DNA of 64,000 nt, from assembly GCA_000004985.1 (NCBI GenBank), contig GG738864.1; one strand, written 5' to 3'. The stretch is from Naegleria gruberi. Lineage: Eukaryota. Each line of letters starts with the position of its first letter. The stretch's first letter is position 1. This document shows positions 31,204-43,390 of this stretch, in pieces. A model generated the notes under the pieces. It did not search any database. It was not told where the DNA came from and was given only the letters and a program-made list of their open reading frames with translations. A program made the translations under genes and the position numbers.

Positions 31204-33681
31204 TTGAAGAGAAATCAACACCATAAAAAAATGTCTGAACAACACCATCACTCACTGATGAATTTACCAACAGAGATTCATCATGAAATATTCAGCTACT
31301 TGGATTATGTTCGTGATATTTGTTGTGATCCAATACTTTTCCAACCAACAATTATCATGCCATCTACTTTGGAGGAATTTGAAGAAAATTTCTCCTCGGA
31401 AGAGTTTTTGGATTTTGATCATCCAAGTAAAGTACCATTCTTTCTTGCATGTAGATCATTGTTACGATCTGTAAAATCATTCAAGCCTACCATGTTGAAC
31501 TTTACTATGTTCTCTGTTTGGAGACGTTGTCGATATAGTTTGGATGAAAGTTATCTTCAACAATTGAACGGCATTGTTCCTTGGTTTTATGAATCAAATA
31601 ATAATGGAAAAAGTGCAATAGTTTGGTTGAATGAAATTTTAGAATTCTGTAAGAAAATGAAATGTCTATGCCAAACAGATCCTTTCAGACAGGTTGAATT
31701 TATTTCCTTTTCCTCTAGGTTGGGTAAAAACCATTGTGCATTTCCATATTTTAATTTTGGTTCTATTTTCTCACAAATTTTTATTCTGATACCAACAATC
31801 AAATATGTACTACTGAGAATCAATCAAACAATTCTCAAAGATTCTGCATTAACATTTGTGCAATCTTCTGTAGTTTCTAATAGAACCTATTTTACATACA
31901 GCAATAATATATATAGATCTGCCTTGGAACATGAACAAAATCCAAAAGCTCCTATTGAGATATTGAAAAATGTATTTCCAAACAGGTACCCCAGAAATAT
32001 TGAAATTTTCCTCTATAATTCAATAGTTTCCAACGATTTTGTGCAGGCAAACTACTTAATTGATAATTTTAAATTGGATATCAATGCATTTTCTTATATT
32101 TGGAACGTAGAATCCAATATTCTTACTGCAATTGACTACACATTCTTTACTAACATTGTACTTATATTGCACAATATTTACAAAAAGTATCCCTATTTTA
32201 GAGTATTTAGGATTCCAATTGACTCTATAGATTGCTTGGAACTAGTCAAATCATTTCCGTTTGTGGACATTAATCCTTCTAAAAATATTACCAGAGCTTT
32301 TTTAGAAACTATTACCCAAAATGATATTCCACTTATTTATAGAGATTACAATATTAATCTCTCTAAACTTGGAACGCTTAATTTCTCTGCTAATTGCTTT
32401 CCTAATAATTTACAATTTGAAAATAGTAATAATAGTGATATTAATGGTGTATCTCCTTCAATGCTAACCAAGAAGCAACCTGATTTTAATGCAAGGGACA
32501 AGTTTGGAAATAATATCCTACATTATTACTTTATCGCTGGTTATGGCCATCCTGAATTCTGGGAACAGTTACCAAAAGAAGAGTTTGAAAGATTATTAGA
32601 GGAACCAAATAAGTTTGGTGTATCTTCTGCTGAGATTGGTTTGTTAAGAAAGAATAGATTAAATTTTGGACAATTTAAGAAGACGCTTAATTATGAGGGA
32701 TTAGTTCAAACCTTTGGCATGCAACCCCCTAACCTATTATTTTTAGATGGATTAATAGTGGATGCAAGAATATTGCTTTCAGTTATTGGTGATGTGGACG
32801 AAACTTACAACTATGAAGATTACAAAGATATTGAGTACAGAGATGAAAATGGGAAACATTTAGTGCATTACTCAAAAAATTGTTTTGGTGATTCTTTGCC
32901 GAAACATTTGAAATTACCATTGCAAGATATAATTTTTTGTAAAGATAATAAGGGTACAATGCCTATTCAAACAAGCAATAATTATTATTACCATTCTTTA
33001 GACAATTTGGGATTGCTTGACAATATACCTAGAGTGAATTTTGTATCACACCAAGATGAATTTGGAATGCTTAGAATTTTATATCAAATGGTTGATTCAT
33101 ACTTAAATACGGACAAGATGGTTTGTGAGGCATTTTCTGTTGGATTTGATTACTCTTCTGGTCAACCAGAGTTACTATCATTATTTTCACATTATTCAGA
33201 TGGTCGATATCATTTTTCAATTGATAGAAGCATTATGAAACAACTTCGAGGTATTAACTGCTTTGGATCAGTTGATGGAGATGATATTTCACATTTTGTT
33301 TTGAGGTTTTATTTCAACTTTATCAAAACAAAAGAGGGATGGTATGTAGACAACTCAATTCTCAAGGTGCTGATATCTAAGGGCTTGAGATTTGATATTG
33401 TTCGAAACTCTAAGGGACAAACTGCATTCGATTTGTTTGATGAGTTCACTGGAACTCCAACCATGATGAGGAGTGTGGCTCAAGTAAAGAAGGCTTGTAG
33501 GAGAGGAGTAACCAAATCAAAAGCATTGGCCAAATTCACCATTCAACACTCTCCTAACCTTCCTCAAGAGTTGATTTTGGAAAAAAGTGAAACACACCTA
33601 GTTGTTAAATCCAACACTGTTTCTTCTTTCCGTATTCATATCAAAAGAAGCTTGTATTTTGAAAAGAAACCTAATCAATAA
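31204..33681 (+). CDS. Large hypothetical protein with an F-box-like N-terminus and ankyrin-like segments.
   Basis: 825-aa ORF. N-terminal NLPTEIHHEIFSYLDYVRDI fits the F-box-like pattern shared with 35494. There is an ankyrin-like unit at DKFGNNILHYYFIAGYGHPE. It is a likely paralogue of the 35494 gene (similar size, same strand, same N-terminal motif). Confidence 0.5.
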   Translation: MKRNQHHKKMSEQHHHSLMNLPTEIHHEIFSYLDYVRDICCDPILFQPTIIMPSTLEEFEENFSSEEFLDFDHPSKVPFFLACRSLLRSVKSFKPTMLNFTMFSVWRRCRYSLDESYLQQLNGIVPWFYESNNNGKSAIVWLNEILEFCKKMKCLCQTDPFRQVEFISFSSRLGKNHCAFPYFNFGSIFSQIFILIPTIKYVLLRINQTILKDSALTFVQSSVVSNRTYFTYSNNIYRSALEHEQNPKAPIEILKNVFPNRYPRNIEIFLYNSIVSNDFVQANYLIDNFKLDINAFSYIWNVESNILTAIDYTFFTNIVLILHNIYKKYPYFRVFRIPIDSIDCLELVKSFPFVDINPSKNITRAFLETITQNDIPLIYRDYNINLSKLGTLNFSANCFPNNLQFENSNNSDINGVSPSMLTKKQPDFNARDKFGNNILHYYFIAGYGHPEFWEQLPKEEFERLLEEPNKFGVSSAEIGLLRKNRLNFGQFKKTLNYEGLVQTFGMQPPNLLFLDGLIVDARILLSVIGDVDETYNYEDYKDIEYRDENGKHLVHYSKNCFGDSLPKHLKLPLQDIIFCKDNKGTMPIQTSNNYYYHSLDNLGLLDNIPRVNFVSHQDEFGMLRILYQMVDSYLNTDKMVCEAFSVGFDYSSGQPELLSLFSHYSDGRYHFSIDRSIMKQLRGINCFGSVDGDDISHFVLRFYFNFIKTKEGWYVDNSILKVLISKGLRFDIVRNSKGQTAFDLFDEFTGTPTMMRSVAQVKKACRRGVTKSKALAKFTIQHSPNLPQELILEKSETHLVVKSNTVSSFRIHIKRSLYFEKKPNQ

Positions 33682-33849
33682 GATTCTGATAAGGGTGTTA
33701 ACTAACAATTCTAAAGATAAAAAGAAATATTAATATCCTAGTATTAATAATATTGTTCGCCTAACCAACAGTGAACTCTGTTTCCTTGTAACTCCTTTGA
33801 AATCGTTGAACTTGGAACTCAAGAAACTTGAATTAATAGTAAAACACTA

Positions 33850-35085
33850 TTGAACCAACAGCATAACACAAAAAAACAAGAACACAAACCACTAAACAAA
33901 ATGCCTTCTCTCTTTTCATCAGCCACAAAGAAGAAAAATACAGAAGGAGAAACACCCGAAGAAGTTTTTCCAACTTCCCTGAGATCATCATCAAGAAACG
34001 TTATTGAAAGGAAAGAAGTTAAAAGAATGAATGTTGTTAATGGATCAGGAACTGGAGCACTTATTCGTGCCAATCACAAAGAAGAAGAGGGATATGATCA
34101 AGAATTAGTTGACCACAGCGAAAATATTGTAGATTTAGTTATTGTAATGGATTGCACTGGATCCATGTCAGGTGAAATAGAAGCTGCCAAAACAACAGTA
34201 CTTACAATTTTAGATAGTTTAAAGGATCACTTCAAAACTGATTTGAGATTTTCTGCCATTAGTTACAGAGATCACACTGATGATTATGCTGTGAGAGAAT
34301 TCCCATTTACAAAGAATTTCGAGAAGGCCAAAGGATATATTGATACCATGTCAGCTCAAGGTGGAGGTGACCATCCGGAAGCTTTGGCTTCAGCTCTGAA
34401 AGTTGTCAATGAATTGCCATTTAATAAGAAGGGCAAAAAGATCTGTATTTGGATTGCTGATGCTCCACCCCATGGTATGAATAGCAGCGGTGACAGATAC
34501 CCAGAAGGATGCAAGGATGAGGAAGGAAATGTCATTGATTGGATTAGATTGGGATCTGATTTACAAGAAAAGGGTGTTGTTTTCTATACATTAATTTGTA
34601 AAAGAGCTCAAAATGATCAACAATTAGCTCTTTTCATGGATTTCTTGGCCACCAAAACCGATGGCAAATGCATGCTATTGACAAATGCCAACAAGTTACC
34701 AAACCTAATTATTAATGGCTCCATTGAAAATGATGAAATGGATCAACTTATTGCCCAAAAGATAGAAGAATTAGGAGAAGATAAGGTGAAACAAATGAAA
34801 GAAGATGAGCTAATTGAAAATATTCAAAAACTTTCTAAAGATGCCAAGATTAATCATGTTCAAACCTATGAAGTAGTCTCGTCGAATACTAAGAACCTTA
34901 TGGAATGTAAATCTTTATCAGCTGTAAATAGAAATCTGTATTCTACTGGCTCCAATAGAGTCGAAATGAAGGGTGCCGAATCAGAATCAAGTTTCGAATA
35001 CGGTGCTCAATCAAGACAAGCTCCAAAGCTTGAACAATACAAGAAAGCTTGCTCTAGAAAGATGAACTCAATGAATATGAAATAA
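33850..35085 (+). CDS. von Willebrand factor A (vWA) domain protein with a C-terminal coiled coil.
   Basis: The MIDAS motif DxSxS is present as VIVMDCTGSMSGE, followed by SAISYRDH...GGGDHPEA...IWIADAPPHG, a classical vWA fold. The start is either 33850 or the second Met at 33901 (MPSLFSS). Confidence 0.7.
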   Translation: MNQQHNTKKQEHKPLNKMPSLFSSATKKKNTEGETPEEVFPTSLRSSSRNVIERKEVKRMNVVNGSGTGALIRANHKEEEGYDQELVDHSENIVDLVIVMDCTGSMSGEIEAAKTTVLTILDSLKDHFKTDLRFSAISYRDHTDDYAVREFPFTKNFEKAKGYIDTMSAQGGGDHPEALASALKVVNELPFNKKGKKICIWIADAPPHGMNSSGDRYPEGCKDEEGNVIDWIRLGSDLQEKGVVFYTLICKRAQNDQQLALFMDFLATKTDGKCMLLTNANKLPNLIINGSIENDEMDQLIAQKIEELGEDKVKQMKEDELIENIQKLSKDAKINHVQTYEVVSSNTKNLMECKSLSAVNRNLYSTGSNRVEMKGAESESSFEYGAQSRQAPKLEQYKKACSRKMNSMNMK

Positions 35086-35493
35086 ACCAAATGGAAATAT
35101 ATTTTTTTTAATGAAACAAAGCTAAACTTGATTGTGGAGTTGGAAAGGTATTATTCCAATTTAGTGTTTTAATGATGAATTGGATAGATATGGGAATACT
35201 CTATGTTCAATCATGCTTTGTAAGTGATTGAATTTGCTTTGTGAGTACTCCAAATGTTGCCGTATTAATAGTCCTCTAATTCATTTCCTTAAAGAAGATA
35301 GGAGTTACATCAATTGCCGAAGAATCATCACTAAAACATAAAAATAGATTTAAAAAAATACCGTATTCAGCTCCATTCCCACATAAACTTCTTTTGCCAC
35401 TTGTAAATATTTACATTACACCCTCTCGGACTCGTGACGAGTGTACATCACAGGATTGAATTGTGTTGCATAACCACGTGAAAATCCAAAAAA

Positions 35494-37987
35494 TTGGGCA
35501 ACAAGTTAATTCCTTCATACAAAAGAGTACTCATTATCATTCATCACTCTCATCATCAAATAGGAATGTTGGATATTACTCATCAATTACCTCCGGAAAT
35601 ATTGTCAAAAGTATTTTCATATGTAGCTAGGGAACCATTGTATTTGTATTGCTTTTCAAATTTACCACTCGTATGCAAGACTTTTAAGAAATTATTGGAA
35701 ATGGCAATTTGCGTTCATCATGATGAGGGATGTATTGATGATCAATTAGAGTTGTCATTTTCAACAAATATCAAATCAACCTTTCAACATAATTTAGTGG
35801 TTGATTTTCTGACTCTTCCAATGCTATCAAAGATTGTAAACTCAAAAAGATTGAGTGATGTTTTGAGTGGTGTTTCTCAAATTTCAATTTTGGACCTTTC
35901 TAATCAGAGATTAATGTTTCAAGCACTACTAAAACAAAACATCAATGAATTACTCAATATTTTAGAGAGTATCTATTTGAAAGGAAAGATAATTAGCAAG
36001 ATTTATTTGTGTGGATGCTTTTCAATCGGAGAATCAATTCAAATGACTAATTTTGTAAAAAGTTTAATAACCATGCATAGAAAATCCACTTCAAAGAATC
36101 TATACATTGACGTTTCTCCTCTCTTTTCTCACAATGAGGCATCTAATGAAGCAACAGAATATTTGAGCTATAATATGGCTGTCACAGAATTGCAAGCAGA
36201 ATTTGAAGATCAGGGTATTCAAATAGTAGATTGGTTTGATTTATTATTCAATCCTATTGAAAGTGACACTGAGTTTTTAGAAAGATTGACCTCTGTAGAT
36301 CCAATGAATATTCCACACGTAAATGTAAAAGGGTGGACTCTTCTACATTCCTCAATACTCAACAGCTATTTCAAAAGTACTCAATACCTCTTGAGTTTAC
36401 CACAAGTTAATGTAAATATTTTCAGTGTTGCAAGTTTCTCCAATGATGACACAATTCGAATTGAACATGATGAAGATGAAATTTCTCCAATTCTTCACAA
36501 AACTGTTCCTACTGTAGATTTCAAATTGAAATACAAAGGCACACCATTATTCTTTGCCTTATATAAGTTGACTTCTAACACTCAATCCTCCTCCTCTAAA
36601 GATGGTGAAGTTGTAGATATGCTTATCCAAAGAGGAGCATCTGTTAATATTGTAGATAATTATGGAAGATCATTCCTACTGATTGCTTTATCATATGGTT
36701 TTCCATTTGATTTTATTACTCATATTGTAGAGAATTTTGGTCAAGTGCACCAATGTGACAACAATAAGAATAGCATTTTCCATCAAATATTCTATTCTCC
36801 ATCTCTATTGAAAGATACAAGGAAAACCAAAAAGGTCTTGGACTTCCTCTTCACCAAAGATTCTCTATTGAGTAATCAAGCTAACGCACCTGGTTTATTA
36901 CCTATTCAAATTCCTTTCCTCTTTTCCAATATGAAAAACATTCTCAATAAGGACTGTGCTTCAGAGTTAGTAATTGCTATTGCACATTTCATCAAATGTG
37001 TAGATGTAAATTTAGGATTGGAAGCATCCACCATGTATATTAATATGGCTATTGATGACTGCCTAACTCTTATCAATGAGTCTAAATTTTCCAAAAAGAA
37101 AATGTTTGTCATTACAAACAAGATATTTATTGGGCTATTGAGAATTAAACTAGATATTTCCTATCATATTGACAAGACAGATATTAATCAAGTAAGAAAT
37201 GAATTTATGAGATTGGATGACGAGTTGGGTCATAATGTTCTTCATAGAATGAAAAAATTGGATTGTATCAAGTCATTCTTTAAATTTCTAGAGCTAGATA
37301 GAGTATCCTATTACTTTTATATTAATAATCCAGATGTTAATGGAAATACTATCCTCCACCATTTAATATCATCGAGTGAAAATGAACTTCAACTCTCGAA
37401 CGATGTCGACAGAATAGTTGAAGAATTATTTGGAGATGTAGGATATAGAAACAAGGAGGGAGAAACACCAACATCTCTTTCAGCTTTGAACGGATACTAT
37501 GCAACAGTTCAGTAAGTTTTTCGAATATTTTTGTAAACTATATAATTATTTCAGTTTTATGCTTTCCAATCAACAAACAGCTCACTACTCTGAGAGACAA
37601 ATCATTGCCCACAACGATAATATACTTCACATTCTAAGAAGTAACAGAGAAAGTGCTTCCAAGAGTTCTGACAATAAGAGACCCTGCCATTCCATCAATT
37701 CTTGTATCAAACTCATTGAACAACAAAACGAAATGCTCATTCAAAATTCCAGAAATCCAAAAACCAAATCCATTAATTTAGCACTCCTCGAGGAGGAATT
37801 AAGAGGAGACAGCTACTCTGATGATAGTAGCACCTCATCAAGAACTAGCTCTGCACCCTCACTCTCTCTCATGGATGTCATCAATCTCAGCAAGGAAAAG
37901 AAACAATCATCCAAGAAGAAAGCTCAAGCCAACAAGAGAAACAAGAAGAAGAAAAGCAAGGAAAAAGACTTTGCCCTCGTCAAGTAA
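35494..37987 (+). CDS. F-box-like plus ankyrin-repeat protein; 2 exons.
   Basis: Exon 1 is 35494..37511, ending ...GYYATVQ-. The donor is GTAAGT at 37512, the intron is 43 nt and the acceptor is CAG at 37554. Exon 2 is 37555..37987 and continues in the frame of track ORF 37499. F-box-like: QLPPEILSKVFSYV. Ankyrin units: KGWTLLHSSILN; YKGTPLFFALYKL...MLIQRGASVNIVDNYGRSFLLIALSYG; VNGNTILHHLISS. The C-terminus is Lys/Ser-rich. Confidence 0.55.
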
Positions 37988-38158
37988 ATATTTTACCAAC
38001 ACACTTTTATCCCACTATTCGGATTAAACTAATAGTCGTCATCATGATGCAAATAATATTGGACAAGTATTCGGATAATTATTATTGTGAAGAGAAAATC
38101 TTTATCAAAAAAGCAATGAATACGAAGAACAAGAAGGAACAATAACAATAAGAAAAAA

Positions 38159-39608
38159 ATGTCCACAACATTCCTTGGTATTGTCATTCATTTTGCCAAT
38201 CCTTTGAATGGCGAGAATCAGAAATTACTTCTCGGAAAGAAAATCAACATTAACGATTATGATCACTTGATCACTCTGATAAAACAAAAGATTAATGAGA
38301 GTAATTCATCATCGAGTATTGAATATAATTTTTATAACGTCTTGTTGGAGGTGGAAGATGTAAATAGTAAAGGATCGTTTCATAGGCTAACGAATTTTGA
38401 TGAATTAATAACAAACAAAGACAAGGCTATACAAATTAAAGTTTCATCAGTTGAAATTGTTTCAAAGAGTAAAGAAGCTAAACCAACAGAAACTTCATCT
38501 CCTACCGATCAATCATTAACATTCCGATTGAGTCAATGTGCCAATGATGAATTTACTGATTATCAAGAGGATTTTGAAGATAAATTAATTTATGGAGATG
38601 ATTTATCGACAGTGGAAAATAATGCACAAGCACAGAGAACTGCCAGATGGAATGGAAGATACGAACCAACAACACTATTGGGATCTGGAACTTTTGGAAA
38701 AGTATTTCTTTGTGGAGAGTATGCATTTAATGGTACTCATAAAGGAACTGTTGCTGTGAAATTGATTAATTTATTAGGAACTGTTGAAGATTTCAATAGG
38801 AAAATTAAGGTTAGTTTTCTTTTTGAGATTTATAATGACTCTTTATTAGGAAGCCCTCTTCATGTTAAAATTGAAACACGATTCTATTATGCCATGTTTG
38901 GACTTGTTTGAAATTTATGATAAGGATACAACAGAACAATCGTTGGCAATTGTGTCTCCATATTATATTCATGGTGATTTGATGAAACAATTGCAAACAC
39001 AAAAGGAAAAGAAGGAACCACTTCCAGAGGAAATTATTTTTTCAATCACAAAAGATATACTCAGTGCTTTAACATATTTACATTCTAATGTTGGTGTGGC
39101 ACACAGAGATATTAAACCAAATAATATTTTCTTGGAAAAGATCAATTTGGGAAGGAAAACAGTCAAGATGGTTCTTGGAGATTTTGGAATAGCTCGAGAA
39201 ATGACAAGTGAAACAATGAAAAATGCCACAACTGCAGGTACACCACTCTATCTTGCTCCTGAAGTCAATTTTGGTAATTACAATTTCAAATGTGATATTT
39301 ATTCATTAGGTGTTACCCTATATCAAATGCTAAGCTTGGATTTGGAAACAAATTTGATTTCAAAATGTTTTTCAAACCATCCTTTAGATACATTACAACA
39401 ATCTTCCAATGCCAAGTACATTTCTGATTACACAGAACAAATGATTATGAGAAACTATCCAAAAGAAACCAAAACACTGAAGAAACTGAAAGGTAAGCAA
39501 TTCTCTTAATAATGAGATTTTTAATCTTTTCAAAAAGAAATGATGTTTTTAATGTTGACATACAACTACAAAAAGAGACCTAGTGCCAAATACTTCCTAG
39601 AGCAACTT
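38159..39608 (+). CDS. Protein kinase (Ser/Thr-type catalytic loop) with a ~170-aa non-kinase N-terminal region; 3 exons.
   Basis: - Exon 1: 38159..38809, containing GSGTFGKVF and VAVKL.
- A 40-nt intron follows (GTTAGT at 38810, acceptor TAG at 38849).
- Exon 2: 38850..39491, containing HRDIKPNNIF, DFGIARE, GTPLYLAPE, DIYSLG.
- A 45-nt intron follows (GTAAGC at 39492, acceptor AAG at 39536).
- Exon 3: from 39537, encoding ...YKKRPSAKYFLE... (subdomain XI RP motif).
- The exon-3 stop is read at about 39606-39608, but my reading of this line is uncertain by 1 nt; the alternative stop is 39650. Confidence 0.7.
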
Positions 39609-39691
39609 GAAAAGAAAGGAATTAAGCAGTTATTTGGATTCAACAAATAAATATCTATTTATCAATTTTAGTGATATTTATTTTAGTTGAA

Positions 39692-40657
39692 TTATGAAAT
39701 GCAACATGTTCTACTCTTTACAACTTTTCCTTTTGGCTCACTTTCAGTTTCACTCTTATCTTCTGCAGTGTAATTTATAATTGGAGCTACAATTACCTTA
39801 GTAGCACCTTCCAATTGTCCTTGAGGAAGTTGCACTCCAACCAACATGGCAGCAAGCTTGATAAATGATAAATTTACCATGTCACCAGTTTTAGCAGAAA
39901 CAAAGAAAGAAGATAATTTGTGATATCCTGCCCATTCATCGTGGGTTTCTCTTTTGACTTTTCTTTCGTGACTCAAATCACACTTGTTAGCAAATATACA
40001 AATAACTGGATCTTTAGATTTTTCAGAACTCTTTCTTCCTTCATAACTATCAGAGAAAATATGTTTCACGTATTTTAACCATTCTTCCAAGTTTTTAAAG
40101 CTTTCCAAATTTGTAATATCGTAAGTAAGGATAACAGCATCGGAACCATAAATATAACTAGACAATAATTTTGATCCCAAACTTTGACCCTCTATTATTT
40201 TGTGAGTTAGATCATTAAAATCAAAAACACGTACCAACATCCCAAATTTGAAAGCAAACTTCAATCTTTTTGGTTTTCTTTTGTGATCCCTCTTCAGATG
40301 ACTCGGTATGGGCTGCTTGTTGAGCAGGAATTTCGGCAACTATCGAAACATTCTTGATGAACCAATCAACACCAACAGTCCTTACATAGGATTGCTGGAA
40401 TTCGTCCTCAGTAAATCTTCTAATTGTTGATGTTTTACCAACAGTACCATCTTATCATCAACGGAACGTTACTAAAATATTTAAATTTGATATTACATAC
40501 CACCAACAATAATCACTTTGTATTGATATTTATTATCACCATCGTCATCACTATCATCTTGAACTTCTTCAACTTTTAAATCCTCAAACTCGGCTTCTAC
40601 ATTGCTCTCCAGAATTTTACTGCCCGACATTTGTTTAGTCAAGTTACTTTGGCTCAT
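39692..40657 (-). CDS. Rab-family small GTPase with an acidic N-terminal extension and a C-terminal CC prenylation motif; 3 exons.
   Basis: - Exon 1 is 40657..40501: MSQSNLTKQ...DDSDDDGDNKYQYKVIIVG-.
- A 50-nt intron follows (GTATGT at 40500, acceptor AAG at 40451).
- Exon 2 is 40450..40235: -DGTVGKTSTIRRFTEDEFQQSYVRTVGVDWF...IWDV- (G1, G2).
- A 43-nt intron follows (GTACGT at 40234, acceptor TAG at 40192).
- Exon 3 is 40191..39692: -EGQSLGSKLLSSYIYGSDAVILTYDITN...FANKCDL...SAKTGD...SRTCCIS.
- Switch II reads WDVEGQS, so the catalytic Gln is retained. Confidence 0.8.
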
Positions 40658-40861
40658 TTTTTTCTTATTTAAATGATGATATTTAAAATTCGTAAAATGA
40701 AGGCGGGAATCTCATCCAACACCTTTTGAGGTCGACAAATAAGGATCGACCCCTATATTGGTAAATTTGAGTGCTTTTGTTAGACCAAGAAGAGATTCCA
40801 CATTTTATATTTTCATGTAAACTTTATATTCCTGGATGTAGTACTAATGTAAAATCAACTT

Positions 40862-41613
40862 TTATTCATTATTTACCTTATTATTGATAACTGATTGGAG
40901 AACTTGATTAGTTAAATCCTTAACAACAACACTAGCTCTAGATCCAACCTTTCCAATAGTTTCATTAATTTCAGTTTCATGCTTGTTAAGCAATGGTTCA
41001 ACATATTGGTGATAGAGCATTGTGGCACCTCTTGTTTGTGGAGCAATCAACCAAAGAATAAAAGCAATTTTAATTTCCCAATAGAATGGAATGAAAGTAA
41101 CAATGATCAACAAGTAGTATTCAATAACATGAACAAAAGAATAAATAATCCAATAAGTTCTATTTTTCATATTAAATAAATATTCATATTATATGATATT
41201 GATCAGTACATCATCATTATCAATTAATTAAATACGAAAGTAAATTAAATATTCGGAAAAAGTATTAGAAACCTACAACCACTGTTTATCATCATCTCCA
41301 CCAGGTGATCTGATTGCCTTGAAAGAAGCATAAGCAGGTAAGAGGAATGCAATCAAATGGCAAATAAATTGAGAAATGGCAGAACTGTTTTTCATCAATT
41401 AATTGATCAGCAAAACATTTTAAATTTTGAAAATTCCTACCTGAACAAGTATTCGACACTATCGGAAGAAACAGCTCCATCTTTTTCAACATAAACTACT
41501 TTAACATTGGCCGATGATGATTTATCTTCAGCAGCAGCATTTACAAATTGGTGATTCAAATAAGCTAAACCACAACAGACAAGAGCAGTAGAAGCAAGAA
41601 TTGATGTTTTCAT
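40862..41613 (-). CDS. DP1/Yop1/REEP (TB2/HVA22) family membrane-shaping protein; 3 exons.
   Basis: - Exon 1: 41613..41441 (MKTSILASTALVCCGLAYLN...SVEYLF-).
- Intron of 56 nt (GTAGGA at 41440, acceptor CAG at 41385).
- Exon 2: 41384..41277 (-SAISQFICHLIAFLLPAYASFKAIRSPGGDDDKQW-).
- Intron of 117 nt (GTAGGT at 41276, acceptor TAG at 41160).
- Exon 3: 41159..40862 (-LTYWIIYSFVHVIEYYLLIIVTFIPFYWEIKIAFILWLIAPQTRGATMLYHQYVEPLL...).
- The conserved ...PAY.S.KAI...DD.QWL.YW... and ...P.T.GA..LY...P... blocks match the family. Confidence 0.65.
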
Positions 41614-41893
41614 TTTTTTTTGATTGTTGATTGATGGTTAAACAGAGCATTGTAAAACACTTCAATTTACATGTATTCACTTCTTGGGATTCAGATAGAG
41701 TTTGGTCCTTTTAATTGGTGGACTTGTAATAAATTTCCTCTTGCAAATTGACCATTGAAAATTCAACAAAGTTTAAATTGAGAGTACACCATGAATTGAA
41801 TAAGAATCTAATGATTTCAATTCTGAACCATCTCATAAAAATGAATTGTTTTTGTTTGCGATTTCAATCAATTTCAATCATTGAATAACTAAT

Positions 41894-42925
41894 TTATTTC
41901 TTCAGTAATTGTTCTGCTTCTTCTTGAGTTATTTCTCTCAGAATATCTTTTGAAACTATTCCTCTTTTGAGTGTGAATAATCTATCCTGTCCAATTAACC
42001 AGAAATACCCTCTGTCATTGTATAATCTATACACATCTCCTTTCTTTACAGGGAGGTAAATATTTGACAAGTCTCTTCCAATACTATCCTCTTCAACAAT
42101 TACCCATTTCTTTGCCTTAGAGTCGTGCATAAACCCAACGTATTTGTTAGCTTCCTTTGGTTCTGGGTTTGCTGCTTTTTCAACACTTCTGAATAATTTA
42201 CACAATTCGAAAGGAATTTGAGACTTGTCCATAATGGAAATGGATTCTTTCATTTGAGAGAAATCAATGGCTATGGAAAAATCATTTCTGATATCTTCAG
42301 CTTGGTTTCTCTTGTATTCCTTTGCTTCTTCTTCAGTGATTTGAGTAAATTCGAATCCATGTTCTTGTAACAAACACATCTTTTCCTCATCAAGTATTGG
42401 GACATCACCATCTCTATTACAATTCATAACTATTTCATAACCTTGATTGACTGAATACTTGTTGGAGGAATCGTTGCTTCCTTCAACTTGATACTCAGCA
42501 AAAACAGGTTCAAGCAAAACACATTTCAACAAGTTCTGTAATCCATCAATGAATTCACTTCTATCAATTTTTTGGTCATTATTCAAATCCATAAATTGGA
42601 ACATCATGGCCAAAGCTTTGTTTCTCTTTTCTTGAGTTGGTGGTACGACAAATTCCATTGCAACATAATACGAAATATTTCCATTACTCACCAAACATGG
42701 TGCCATTCTCTTTGTTCCTGCCTTTTGCCACACAAAGTAAAATAAATCTTCGAGAAATTCGGCAATTTCCTCATTGGATAGTACCATATCTTTATCCTTA
42801 TCCAATTTTTCAAAGAACTTTGAGAGCTTATTGTTCTTTGGCAAATTACTTGCTTGGTATTGAATGCCCTTAGAGAGATCCTTGTGGAGTTCTTTAATCA
42901 GTGATGTAGCTGCTGAATTGCCCAT
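41894..42925 (-). CDS. EF-hand calcium-binding domain protein with an unknown C-terminal domain.
   Basis: 343-aa ORF with two canonical 12-residue EF loops (DKDKDMVLSNEE; DLNNDQKIDRSE). The start MGNSAAT fits N-myristoylation only weakly (Gly2 present, position 6 is Ala). The C-terminal ~130 aa is globular and unassigned. Confidence 0.6.
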   Translation of the reverse strand: MGNSAATSLIKELHKDLSKGIQYQASNLPKNNKLSKFFEKLDKDKDMVLSNEEIAEFLEDLFYFVWQKAGTKRMAPCLVSNGNISYYVAMEFVVPPTQEKRNKALAMMFQFMDLNNDQKIDRSEFIDGLQNLLKCVLLEPVFAEYQVEGSNDSSNKYSVNQGYEIVMNCNRDGDVPILDEEKMCLLQEHGFEFTQITEEEAKEYKRNQAEDIRNDFSIAIDFSQMKESISIMDKSQIPFELCKLFRSVEKAANPEPKEANKYVGFMHDSKAKKWVIVEEDSIGRDLSNIYLPVKKGDVYRLYNDRGYFWLIGQDRLFTLKRGIVSKDILREITQEEAEQLLKK

Positions 42926-43390
42926 GATTATTAAATGCTATTTGTTTTTGTTTATTAAGTGTGAATCATCAACGCTATTGCTTCTTTTCATCTTTGATAC
43001 ATCATCCTCAACCGCGGCAATCTTCCAAATGTGAGATTAAGGCGCAGGACTCCTTCCAGATTGGGTATGGACATTAAGAAATTATTGTGCTGACTTAATG
43101 AATCCATTCTAGAAAATCGTGCTCCATTCCTCATCAAGTTTCTGAATCAAGGCAATCACCGGTACACAATTTGAACAATTTAAAAAAAATATTAAAACAT
43201 CAAACAGTGCAATGAGGTGCGATGACCGCTTCCTAGATTAAAAACCAGTTCAAATATTGTCAAGTTTGAATTTGGCAAAAGTAATGAAAACTAAGAGCCG
43301 TTATTGGCATTGTAATAATGAGAATGGTGTCTTTTGCATAAATAACTCAACCACTATGGAAGGGACGTTTCAACAAAAATTGACATTTGT

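Noticed and set aside
41894-41960. C-terminal ...RGIVSKDILREITQEEAEQLLKK resembling the start of an SH2 domain (W..G.ISR.EAE.LL)
   Set aside because: The ORF terminates immediately after this segment. No GT..AG intron or downstream exon encoding the central SH2 beta-sheet (FLVRES) exists before the next gene. The match is short, helical and lacks the invariant Arg context.
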